Below are positions 53,372 through 64,000 of a stretch of DNA of 64,000 nt, piece by piece (positions within the stretch are counted from its first letter, which is position 1; each line of letters begins with the position of its first letter). Source of the DNA: a virus. The notes beneath the pieces were generated by a model that saw only the letters and a program-made list of their open reading frames with translations, was not told where the DNA came from and did no database searches. The stretch spans positions 1-64,000 of IMG/VR virus record IMGVR_UViG_3300050821_001948; one strand, given 5' to 3'. A program made the translations under genes and the position numbers.

Positions 53372-54123
53372 TGGCGGCAGGTACGTAATAAGCGATGATA
53401 GTTCCATCCTCTAACGTATTAGTGTGCTCAAGGACGAGAATTCCCATGCGGATCAGCGTTGTTATATCATCTCCGCGAATGGAATCGGTCCAGCCTTTCG
53501 GGCCGACTATTCGGCAGATCACGCTGGGGTTCGGGGTAATTTCCTGCTCTGTCCCGAAGTTGTACTTCTTTTCGTTCATGAAATTACCAGATCCGGGTAT
53601 CGCCCCTTGTCAAAGGAGCGGATGAAGTCACTTACCGGGGTGGGAAGCTTGACGTAGGTAGCATGTTCACTCGACGTTGGCGGAGTAAAATAAGCCGCCG
53701 ATGTGATGACGTTGACCGTAGTCCCTTCATTCCGGTATGTCAGATACTTGGCAATCGGGCAACCACAGGGATTCATTCGTTCACCCTTGAGGTTTACGCC
53801 GTTCCTGTCCATCTCGCCGCGAAGGAGCTTAGCCACGGCGGGCGATGTCTTGCATGCACTCAGTGCCTCAATACCGTTCATACCAGCTTCACCTGCGCCT
53901 CCAAGTATTCTTGAACCCGTGTCAGGCTGATGATTGTAGCCTCGACGTCCAAGAGTGACCAGCGGGCTCGCGCATATTCTGAGTACGGCTTCCCATAGGA
54001 CGGAACCGCGTACCTAAGGTCAAACACGGCGCAGTCGGCCTTCTTCTCGTCGCGGAGTCCTTCAAGGACAACTTTTACATCACGAAGCTGCTTGAGCTTG
54101 CTCTTTAAAACCACTTTATCCAT
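53364..54123 (-). CDS. Three hypothetical proteins (53364-53579, 53576-53881 CPIA family, 53878-54123)
   Basis: Coupled ORFs. Confidence 0.5.
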
Positions 54124-54152
54124 GTTACCCACACTCTCTGTGATAATCAGTA

Positions 54153-54180
54153 ACTCTAAGTAATAGTGCTTTAATGTCAA
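54153..54180 (-). promoter_or_regulatory. Promoter TTGACA-N16-TAGAGT
   Basis: In the divergent intergenic region, positioned to restart minus-strand transcription. Confidence 0.55.
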
Positions 54181-54239
54181 GCAACCTTCCGATAACTCCA
54201 GTAGACCACTACAGGAAAAATTATTGGGAGCTGCAAAAA

Positions 54240-55550
54240 ATGCCTCTATCTGCCGCACAAAAGGCCGATCTTGTCGCGAAGGCGACGACAGATGTAACTG
54301 ATGCTAACCTAGTTGTGACGAAGGCGCAAGCTGCTATTGCCGCAGCTCAGGCCGAGCTTACTGCCGCTCAGAGCGCAGTGACCGATGCTAACGCGGAGCT
54401 TGCGGCCGTGAATGCTCTCGTCGTTGATGTTCCGCCCACTCCAGTGCCGGTTCCCGTACCTGTTCCGCCGAAGCCGGTTGTCAGCCCTGATGGGTTCACG
54501 GTTTCACCAGCAACGGACGTTAATGGTGTTGTGTGGTCAATCGTGGGCACTCCTGGGACTCCTGGGGCTCAGATTGCGAAGAATGGCGTGGTTGTTCCGC
54601 CGTCGAACAACATTAAAACTCTGTATGTCAAGAGTGGTATCGTTTATTTCGAGAACAACTCGGGGATTTGGTACACGCCTGACCCTGCCGGTGTCGGAAG
54701 TTCTACTGTTGTTCCAGATCCGACCGTTGCACCTGCTCCAGCCCCCGCTCCAGTGCCGGTTCCTACACCTACGCCTACGCCGACCCCCGCACCAACGGGC
54801 ACCGTTACTTTCGGCGGCGTTACCGGAAACTTCAAGTCTAGCAAGAAAGACACCTTCAAGGCACCACTCGATCTAACTTTCTGGCAGAAGAACCGCTGGG
54901 ACGGTGGAAGCGCCAGCTCGATCACCGATGAGGCGACTAACATCCCAGGTTCACAGGCGGACAGCTCCTACTCGGAGAACAACCGTATTGGCGCGGATGG
55001 CCTTGAAATGTGGATTACACCGCAGGTTGATACCGCGTCGTTCCCTGATAAGCCATTCTGTGGCGCCCACCTGGGCGTTCGTAACGCAACAATTCTACCA
55101 GGCATGGTTGTTGAAATTGATCTGATCGTGAACGTTCTTGGCGGCGGAACTTGGTCCGGACCTGTTCTTTACCCTCGCACGAAGGCTGGTGAGATCGACT
55201 GGGCGGAGTTTGGTAATACCCGTACCAACAAGACCCCAACTGCGAACTCTCACCTGTTCAAGCAGGATTCGAGCGGCAACTGGTACCAGTACGGTCAGGA
55301 CCAGACCAGCTATCTTAATAACCCTCAGCTCGCGGACGGGAAGACCCACAAGTACCGCATCTTCTACCACGCGGATGGTAATGGTTGGTCGTTCTGGGTT
55401 GACGATAAGTCCAGCTCGAATGACAAGATCCAGGACCCTGCTGGCGTTCCTATGTCGTTCTGGTTGGAGCTTGGTGTTCCTATCGGGGAGAATCCTGGGA
55501 CGGGCGCTACTATGATCTGCTCGCGCTACGAGGAGTTCGTTCCCGCCTAG
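54240..55550 (+). CDS. GH16/ConA-like glycoside hydrolase with N-terminal coiled coil and Pro-rich linkers
   Basis: GEIDWAEFG (ExDxxE-type catalytic motif), HKYRIFY...FWVDD beta-sandwich; PV/PT linkers; SD GGGAG before ATG 54240. Confidence 0.7.
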   Translation: MPLSAAQKADLVAKATTDVTDANLVVTKAQAAIAAAQAELTAAQSAVTDANAELAAVNALVVDVPPTPVPVPVPVPPKPVVSPDGFTVSPATDVNGVVWSIVGTPGTPGAQIAKNGVVVPPSNNIKTLYVKSGIVYFENNSGIWYTPDPAGVGSSTVVPDPTVAPAPAPAPVPVPTPTPTPTPAPTGTVTFGGVTGNFKSSKKDTFKAPLDLTFWQKNRWDGGSASSITDEATNIPGSQADSSYSENNRIGADGLEMWITPQVDTASFPDKPFCGAHLGVRNATILPGMVVEIDLIVNVLGGGTWSGPVLYPRTKAGEIDWAEFGNTRTNKTPTANSHLFKQDSSGNWYQYGQDQTSYLNNPQLADGKTHKYRIFYHADGNGWSFWVDDKSSSNDKIQDPAGVPMSFWLELGVPIGENPGTGATMICSRYEEFVPA

Positions 55551-58500
55551 TCAGCGCGGTGTGTAAGTACCACCACTCGAATCCGGGAAGCACCTTCCCT
55601 AGGGTCAGCACTGTTACAACATTGTCGACTATACCTAGGAGTGCCAGCGGCGTGGAAACCGTCAGGCGCCATTTAAGCGGCGCATCATTAAGACACTTCA
55701 TTATTTCCTCCCGGAACTACAAAGTTCTCACTCATCGGGATTTCATGCAGCGGGACCGCCTTGGTACCTGGCGGAATAAGCGATGCCGGAACAAGGTTCG
55801 GAAATACTTCGCACGCATTCTTATATGCCACATGATCCCGGCATAATCCACAGTCATCCTGTAGCGGTTTATGATCCGGGTATTCGGCGTGCGCGAGACG
55901 TACCATCAGCTTAGCAACAGCGCGCCGCTGTACCAGCGACATTCTATCTCCCTGAGCCATCAGACCTCGACAATCGCTACAATTTCAGACAGGTCAAGGT
56001 ACTTCGCCTTGCGACCAAATGCCGTGTGAACGATCTTGTAGCTGTTAAGCTCATTGCCCGTGCTGCCAAAGTTGTAGTCCTTGACTCGGACCTTGATTGT
56101 GGCGCCCGACTTGAAAGTGACCTTCAGCTTCTTACTCACAATGCTCCAATGAGGTTGACGGCGATATATACGAAGACGAACACGATTGCAAAGAACATGA
56201 GCCAGCCGAGAATCTTTGTAATGAGTTCCATGTCAACCCCAGGGTTGGAACTTTGGCGGGTCAGCATCCTCGCCTAGAAGCTCGGTCCGTAAAGCTTCGT
56301 CCACCATCTTGTCATAACACGGTTGACAGGTCCGGTCTAAGGCGTCCGTTAGGGTTCGACAGAAGTTACAAGGCACGCGTCTTTCTCTAGCTTGATGCTC
56401 TCTCCCGCATCCTTCACACAGTTCAGGACCGGGGGTACAGCGGAGAAGATCCCTCGCGTACATCATCTTACCCCTCTCTTTTCTTCAAGTCTCGAATGTG
56501 ATTGTCGTAACACATCAGCACTTGAGCCACTATCAAGATGGCGATTACGACCCAAATGGTAGCGAAGCACTCTAAGTCCGTCACGCTACCTCATACACTC
56601 GTGTCTCAGCGGTCTCGTTGACGTTGCGCGCCTTGAGCTTAGCCTTCAGCGGATTGGCGATTCGCCGTGCGGCCGCATCGCAGCGTTGCACTGTAATGGC
56701 GGAGCCGAGGATCGTTATTTCAATCTCCCCACGGTCGATGTGGTTCTTCACAACGTACGCAGCCTTAGACATTCTTATTCTCCTCCAGGAGTTCAACGTA
56801 ATCCGGCGAGTATAGGGCGTTAGAAACCCCGACCTCAGCGAAGTATTCGACAACCTTACCGGGGGCTTCAAACTCATCGTCAGCCTCGACTACGTATGTG
56901 TAGTGAACAGCAAAGGTCGCCATTACAGTTCCTCATCTTTCCAATACGGGTCAAACTCAATCGTCACAATCTCCGCGCTGGAGTTACACGCGGGGCACTT
57001 AAGAACTGACTTGACGTTCATCACGCGGTTTCCAAGATCCCCGGTCCACCATCGGGTCATTGGTCGGGGCTCAACAATTTCGTCCGCGCCGAATTCACAG
57101 TCGTGGTAGAACGACTCTCCGAAGATGCCGACGCCCTCATCTGGACCTTCCCAATTCCAACCTGGGGGAAGCGTCTTATTCATCACCTGATCTCACGAAA
57201 CAGGGATGGGCGAAGCTCCTCCACATAGGCTTCTTGACCGTCACTCCTGGAATACACTTCGGCAAGAAGGGTTGCCTGATGTTCTGAATCAATCGGGCCG
57301 TAGAAAATAGATTCCTCACCCATAAACTTGTCAATCCGAACCAGTCGGACGATGTAGGTCACTTTACCACCCCCTTACGGCGCGCAAAATGCCGCGACTC
57401 AGCCGCCACACGACGAGCCTCACGCTTGCTGATATTCTGATCGTGTTCAATTCGCGCAACGTCAGCCTCGAAAGATGCTTGACGAGCCTCGGCTTCCTCG
57501 CGGAGAACCGCCTTATGTATACGCTTGGCACCCTTTTTCTGCGGGCCACGAAAAATAGACATATCAATTACTCCTTAAAGATCTACGACTGCGGTGATAT
57601 CAACCCAGCGATGGTCGGCGGCGACTCTTGCCTGAACATTCACATCCAGAATTGTCTTACCGAGCGGATCAATCTTCAACGCCACGTCCTTGAGGAACTC
57701 TACCACTTCAACAACGGTTGAGGGATGACTGCGCTCAGCGTAGACCTGAGTCTTAAAGGTTAACTGTCCGCTAGAAACTGTACCCATTATTCCCCCCACT
57801 CCAAAGTGTCACGGTAGCGCTCGATGTAATCGGCCGCATTATCAAGCTTAGCCCCAAGAATCGGCGCGCTCCATGTTCCCTGATGGGCCGAAGCCTTGAA
57901 AGTCCCGTCAACGTCAATACCGAGACGAAGTTCGCTCACGCTGGGATGCATGTAGTGCGCGAGTTCCTCGATTGCCTCACGGTTGAGATGCAATACTATC
58001 ACTCGTATTCCACCACCCTCTGAATCGTGGTGTAATCAACGGTTCCATCAACTGTGTAGATATTTGTGCCCGGATTATCATTGGCGAAGTCTTCAGCCGT
58101 TTCGTATGAGTCGAATAAGAGATTCGTGATCGCGTCTTCCTCGTCCACTCCGACTAGATAAAGCGTGATCTCCATTACTTCAGCTCTCCTCTGTCGTATT
58201 GCTGAGCGGCACGGATGGCGGAATCCAGGGAATAAAGAGCCTCGCTACCCTTGTGGAATACAGCACTTCGCCCGCAGTCATCAGCATCTATGACAATCTG
58301 CTCTAGGTCGTCATAGACCTTTTCAAGCGCGTCCACCATTCCCATCAGGTCACCGTATCCGGATTACCGAGGATGTACTTCACGAGCTTGAGAACGTCAT
58401 CCAGAACTTCATCGGAGACATTACCCCAGCGCGCTGATCCACTTTCACCTGATTCGTCGTCCCACTCGATCCAAAGCGCGCCAGTTAGCTTAGGCGCTGG

Positions 58501-59570
58501 CCGATTTCTTTGGCCTAGCCAGGTTGCAAGCTGATCATAGGGCTCAGGGCTAGGCTCGTTAGCCGCTGATACCGGATAGAACCTATAATCGCCCCAGAGG
58601 ACCATACAAGTCTCATCGTCCTTCCACCCAGTAACTCTACCGAGGGTAGGAACGTCCCTGTCATCATCGTTGCGGATAACAAGCTGCCCGATATCCATTA
58701 GACCTCCAACCATTGTGCCACGTTATTGATCCAGCGCCGCACCAGAGTCATACTAGCAGCGTCAATCTTCCAGCTTGCCACGCCGCCGTTAAGGTCTAGA
58801 CCGTGCGGGTATTCAGCCTCTACGCCTTGGAACTCCGTGAGGTAGTAATTACCGCCCGTGAACTGCCCACCCGATCCAGGGAAGGTGTCATGGTAGCGGC
58901 GGTCATAGAAGCTAATCGTGGGTGTCTCATCGGTCGGGTTCATATGTGGCTGGTTAGGTCCGACACGGATCACGGCGCGGAACGGTACACCGCTGCTGTT
59001 ATTAAAGTCGAACGTCCACTCGTTCACGCTACTCACTTGAAGAACTCCTCGACGTCCAGGAATTGAACCGACTTAACTACCAGCTTCATGGGCTCTTGAA
59101 AATCGTCCACTAGCGGCTGATCGTCAGCGAGCCAGAAGTAATCCCCCGACCCGGCGCTGTAACAGTCACCGCTGATAGTGGAGATCGCAATGGCTTGAAT
59201 GCCGCACCTCTCACACTCTTTCATGTTCTTAGGTGTTGCCAGCATGAACGTCCTCCAGGTTCTCATAGATCTTGAAGTCTGCGTGTTGTCTCGTGCGGAA
59301 TGACTTGATCGGCTTGAGCGCTGCGATGAACTGCTCGACAGTAGCATCGTCGCGCCTGTAGTCGTACCGGCAACGCGGGTCGGCACCTTCGATCAAGTCC
59401 ATGAGCTTCGCCGCTGCACGAACCGGCTTAGGCCAGTAAGCCCAACCGTCGCTGTTGCGGTTAGTCCAGTTATAGAGGCTCAAGAGCGTCCGTGTTGCTG
59501 GGCCAAGAACGGGATGCCGCTCATAGTGTTCCGCTGAGTCTAATATCTCATAACCATTCATATAACGCAT
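55510..59570 (-). CDS. Block of ~18 small early hypothetical proteins
   Basis: Short ORFs with strong GGAG SDs, e.g. 58345-58698, 58698-59036, 59229-59570. Confidence 0.5.
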
Positions 59571-59706
59571 GAGACAACTCCAAATCTGAGTAGCAACGGA
59601 CGTTTCTAGTGGCAGCGAAAGCTTTGATTTGACAGGGGCGTTATGCTCGATATACCGATGCCGACCAATCACCGCAGGCAGAGCGGTTACGACCCTCACA
59701 TAACGA

Positions 59707-59961
59707 CTAGAAACGAACGTTTCCGCTAGACTGTTTCAGTAGCTCTAGCAAGGTCGATTGATACTCTTGATCGGCTAGAAGTTCAGCGCGAGGGCGATGC
59801 TGGTTCTTTTTGACAAACGCTTCCCGCTTACCTTCGGGTGATTGTGCTTCACGGTAGCGGCGTACGAGATCATCGGATACGCGGCCTTGTGTCCCGCAGA
59901 ATAACCCTTGCTCCCGCGCCCACATGCGAATAAGCATCGTTTCTGTGCGCTTTACTGTCAT
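59707..59961 (-). CDS. Lsr2-like DNA-binding domain protein
   Basis: IRMWAREQG....QGRVSDDLVRRYREA matches the Lsr2 C-terminal AT-hook-like domain. Confidence 0.75.
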   Translation of the reverse strand: MTVKRTETMLIRMWAREQGLFCGTQGRVSDDLVRRYREAQSPEGKREAFVKKNQHRPRAELLADQEYQSTLLELLKQSSGNVRF

Positions 59962-60611
59962 TTGCGGCCTTAATTTGTGCTATACGGACATTAACGGGGT
60001 TCAATTGACAGTACTTTGACTACCTTCGGCGTTAGTTGCGCGCGCTCAGGTGCGAATTCTGCCACCTTATGCTCATCGCAGCATCTAACCTTAACGGTTT
60101 CTCCTCCACCCCACCTTAGCGGCAAGTAGTGCCGCTCCACGATGTAGTGTGCGGGCTTACGGCACGGAAACCATTCACATACACTGTAAGGCAGCATAGT
60201 TATCTCCTAAGACGCTTATGAGAACGAAACGTCGATCGAATCTTCATTGATCGCCGCGACATATCCCATGATGACTTGACTGTCTGACGTTGTGACTTCG
60301 ACGTCTTCACCTACGGTGTGACTTACAGCGTCCGGCGTACGCCAGAATAGGGTAGCGTCGCTGCATTGAACTTCCTCGATGTCGTATGCGGTGGCTGCGG
60401 TCTGGAGTTTCAGCATTACTTATACCTCAACAATTCTTGAATAGCCTCGACGTCATCGCGGTTAATGTTCAGCCACTTAGTCTCTTTAGCTCCGGTGATC
60501 TTAAGGTGGAACCAATCCTCACCATGGGCTGGCCCAGCTTGTAGGACACGATCAATCTGCGCCGTCTCGTAATGCAAGGACTCATGTCCTAGCGGTGACG
60601 CGGGGAGCTTG

Positions 60612-60968
60612 TCACTCATCGTCACCCTCCAGGTCACTGAATGCCTTGTCAACGCGGACGGCATAGCCAGCTTCGGCGGCGCGGTGGATAAGCACCTGTA
60701 GGTCCATCGCAATGAGCTTCAGCGCGTCCATGGTGGGCTCATAGAATCCCTCAGCCTCAGCCGCACCTTGAGCGTTGATAGCGAGCCATGTCGTGACCCG
60801 ATCGTAGGTGTACGGCAGGAGCGAATCAACGTCGAGCGCGTCGCAGGCATCGTCCCAGCTATCGTATTCGTTAACCGTGATCTCGATGGCGTCCACGAGC
60901 TTGAATCCCTGCTCAGCAAACGGGAAATCGAGTGCCTCGCCAATAGCCGTACGAATCGGATTTCCCAT
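60612..60968 (-). CDS. Acidic Ocr-like putative DNA mimic
   Basis: 118 aa, about 25 D/E vs 7 K/R; D.DSLLPYTYD...E..G....T.D pattern. Confidence 0.45.
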   Translation of the reverse strand: MGNPIRTAIGEALDFPFAEQGFKLVDAIEITVNEYDSWDDACDALDVDSLLPYTYDRVTTWLAINAQGAAEAEGFYEPTMDALKLIAMDLQVLIHRAAEAGYAVRVDKAFSDLEGDDE

Positions 60969-60970
60969 GA

Positions 60971-63613
60971 TTACTCACAATCCATGTCAGGATGTCCGGG
61001 GTACCGGATGTATGTGCAGCCCGCGTTCGGCATGCCAAAGTCTGCCAGCGGGGAATAGCACGCGCGCTCAGAGATTGTAGCCGTTCCATCGCGGAGCGTG
61101 GAGTCTTCACCACCATCAACGATTAGGCGCCCGGAATAGTAGCGTTCACGATCATCGTCAAACATCTCGAACTTGAAGACACGGACATCATTCGTGATCG
61201 TTATGTGGGTATTCTTAGGGTTTAGCAGTGAAATCATCCAGTCAGGCGCATCTTCAGGTCCACAAACACCAGCCGCGTTATCTGTTTCAAGACAGTCATA
61301 CTGTTCGGCTAAATGATCCTTGTCAATGATCCAGCAGTACATTCATGTCTCCTATTCGCTCGGCGGAATCCAAACGATCCCCCAGGACTCAGGGCCGCTA
61401 TCGTCGGTATCGTCCAGCGGCGATGGATAGACTTCCACTGCGCAATAGATCCCAGGTGTTTCAAGGATGTCACGTGCAAGGCGACCGCCGATATATTCAC
61501 TGGAGTGCATCTCCGGGCCGTTGTATCCATGCTGGCCGGTGTATCCGTAGGTGAACCACATCCAATCGCCGTACAATTCCTCTAGTTCCCAGTGGTCCGG
61601 GGAGATCTCGGAGGTATAAACGTTCGGCGCGTAAAGGTTACGAACCTCAACCACGCTACCGTCCTGGCAGACCTGAATCACTCTATCGAATTCCATAACG
61701 TCGCTCAGGTTCTCAGGCGTGACGTTATCAATTGGCAGGATATCGGTCATGTGAGCGTTTCTCCTAAACGTCGTGTTTCCACTCGTAGAATGTCTGGGAT
61801 GCTGAATCGGCATGGTCGCCGCACGCGGTTGTCCAGTAGGGATAGCGGCTGGCCGGTACGTCATACCGTTCACCGCGCCACGGTTCGCCATCATCATATG
61901 TGACTAGGCTGAATGACTCATACTCGCGGATGTCGAATGCTAGCGGCACAATTCGGCCGGTCTTGCAAAACTCGCACGGCCCATAGGTGATGTTAGTGCG
62001 GAATCCTTCACCTTCCCACTTAAACAGGTGGGGCTCGATCATCACTAGCGTCTCATTCATTCGCTCAGCGGCGACCATCGACGTGAGGTTGTGAACGTCC
62101 ATCTCGTAAACCCAACCGTCGCGCGGCCGGGTAATCTTGAGGGTTAGCACAACGGTTTCCTCTCCTAAACGGATGAGGATACAAATAACGGCGTGAGCTT
62201 TGTCCGGGCTATAGGGTGAGCCGGATCGTCTTCACGCCGTTACTAATATCCTCATCGGCAGATGGTTGAGTGTAGCCTACTCCGGGGCGATCCACTCCCT
62301 GTTGCCAGTCTCAACAAACCTAGCGAGGGCGTGGGCCGCGACTGCGCGTGTTTGGAACGCGTGGCGCCTACCGTCGAACGGTTCACCCGTGGGGACCGCA
62401 ATCCACACACGGGAGGGATCGACACGCGCAACCTTGCCAATGTATCGCAGGGTCGATAGCTTGTCAGTGACCAAGTAGATACCGTCCGCGTTTCCTACCT
62501 TTGTGTAGGTATACAGGCTTTTCATTTAATATCTCCGCGCATGCGTAGTTCTTCATAGATTGCTTGTGCGGTTTCAAGGTCTAGCATGAGTACTAAGCGT
62601 GCAAGTTCGTAGTCTGTGGTGCCATTGATCTGGTTGGCAATCTGCCGCGCGTGAGTCTCGTCCATTACTCTACCCCTTCGGTTTCACACCATTCTGAATA
62701 GGCAACGTCGATACGGTCGTATTCCGCCTGCGCGGTCTCAATCGTCTCATATCGTACGCAGTAAACGAATCCTTGATCGTTGGAGGATACGAGGTAAACA
62801 CCCCACGGAATGGTCACGGTTACAGAGGCGTCGGCGTATGGGTCGATATCCTCGACCTGATCGACCTCAAACACCAATGGCGTGGTGCACCATACTCCGA
62901 AGTCGGAGCTTCCGGTGTAGTCATTCTCGTCCATCGCAAACGAATACAGACATTCAGCTAGGCAGCTATCGAATTTCGCCAAATGTCCCTGACATCCGGG
63001 GTTGTCACACTTCATCGCTTACCCCTTAGGAGGTTAATCAGGCGGCTAAACAGTCGCGGGCGCTTGTAGCGGTCACACCGGCAGTACCAGAGTCCAACCT
63101 TTGCGGAGCAATGCGTACCAGAATGGTAGTACTGATGCGCCACCTTAGGGTGGTTACACGTCCAACAATTCGGCATAGTGAGTGTTTCCTTCCCTTACTT
63201 GCGGGGTGTTAGCGCCATTACAACCATTAGCATCCAGGTTAGCTGCATGCACCTATTAAGAATGACGCCAAACTCGGTTAGGTTTGAGATGAATCGTTTC
63301 ACGGTTAGGACTCGTCAAGGAGGTAAAGCTTACCCTGATGCTGAGTCGTGGTCACGCTGAACTTTTGCGTTACCCTGTGTACGGTTCCATCCTTGAGAAC
63401 CCAGGCGATAGGCGTGTTATAGCTATACACAACGTAGGTGATACCTAACCGCTGCATACGGAATGCCTCAAGGTCTTCGCCTGACAATCGGCCGCTATCC
63501 CACACGTTTAGGCCATTGACGTTCTCAGCGCGCAATGCACCGTAGGTTGTCACATTCTCGCGTCGGCCAATGGCTTGAGCACATTCGCGCGACTTACTGG
63601 CAATCTTAGGCAT
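60971..63613 (-). CDS. Early hypothetical proteins (60971-61342, 61352-61750, ~61888-62150, 62277-62525, 62665-63015, 63305-63613)
   Basis: Short, mostly acidic ORFs with strong SDs. Confidence 0.5.
62172..62256 (-). ncRNA. Long rod-like intergenic hairpin (RNase III site-like)
   Basis: GATGAGGATA/TATCCTCATC + TAACGGCGTGA/TCACGCCGTTA + TCCGG/CCGGA. Confidence 0.6.
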
Positions 63614-63631
63614 GATATCCCCTTAGGTTGT

Positions 63632-63696
63632 CTAGTATCGCAAAAAGCCGCATTAGGGACACTCACGAACCCTAATGCGGCCATTAACGATACTAG
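63632..63696 (-). ncRNA. Long rod-like intergenic hairpin (RNase III site-like)
   Basis: CTAGTATCG/CGATACTAG + GCCGCATTAGGG/CCCTAATGCGGC with a 6x6 internal loop. Confidence 0.6.
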
Positions 63697-64000
63697 CTTA
63701 GGTGCAAGAAACAGTCCAATTCTTCACAAGCTTGGGACCATTCGTCCCGATTGTCTTCGGTTGGGTTGGCCGTGTAAACATCCCAGGCCACCTTAGCAGC
63801 CTCACTAGCTTCGGTGATACTCATGCGGCCGTGACCATTCCCCAGGGTGAAACGCTCAAGTTGTGGTCGTGAGCGGCGCGCAAAGCGTCCTGTTTCGTGG
63901 CGAACGTCTCAGGCTCATCGCTCAGCGGAACAATTCTGTCTCCGACCGCGAATGAGTAAGTGTGGTTACGAGGGTCAAAGGCTAACTCCATGGGAATCAT

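Noticed and set aside
54440-54800. Low-complexity CCG/CCT-rich repeats
   Set aside because: They encode the Pro-rich linkers of the GH16-like protein
17868-63796. Many plus-strand ORFs in the track opposite the minus arm (and minus-strand ORFs in 1-17444)
   Set aside because: Antisense shadows of real genes, with no SD or recognisable motifs; only 54240-55550 was accepted
1-64000. CRISPR array, integrase/att site, reverse transcriptase/DGR, stop-codon recoding
   Set aside because: No repeat-spacer array or such genes seen; known genes are intact in the standard code, with all three stop codons used

Overview
The window is part of a large actinobacteriophage genome. It encodes WhiB, an Lsr2-like protein and Ku, its genes are densely packed with overlapping starts and stops, and I saw no virion structural module. 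Positions 1-17444 (+) are a replication and nucleotide-metabolism arm: SSB-like protein, primase-helicase, dual-specificity phosphatase, WhiB, dNMP kinase, ThyX, SLOG protein, class II RNR, MazG-like protein, RecA, metallophosphoesterase, PhoH and three HNH endonucleases. Positions 17441-64000 (-) form a converging arm of more than 100 mostly small accessory/early genes. This arm includes a MoxR/RavA AAA+ - VWA - partner operon, an IMPDH/GMP-reductase with a DUF550-like pyrophosphohydrolase, an ATP-dependent ligase, DUF1643, an SF2 helicase with two paralogous zinc-ribbon proteins, Ku, a solo RuvB, a tRNA nucleotidyltransferase, Lsr2-like and Ocr-like proteins, and one + strand GH16-like gene. 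The least explained signals are: (i) a promoter-driven 108-nt tRNA-like RNA with an enlarged anticodon domain upstream of ku; (ii) a helicase/zinc-ribbon cassette that shares a palindromic operator with the AAA-VWA operon; (iii) a series of long rod-shaped hairpins in front of early genes, one of which displays an anti-Shine-Dalgarno loop; (iv) two WhiA/WhiB-type GGCGTGTC promoter motifs; and (v) an origin-like intergenic region with a DnaA box. All family calls come from motif recognition by eye, and no database search was run.
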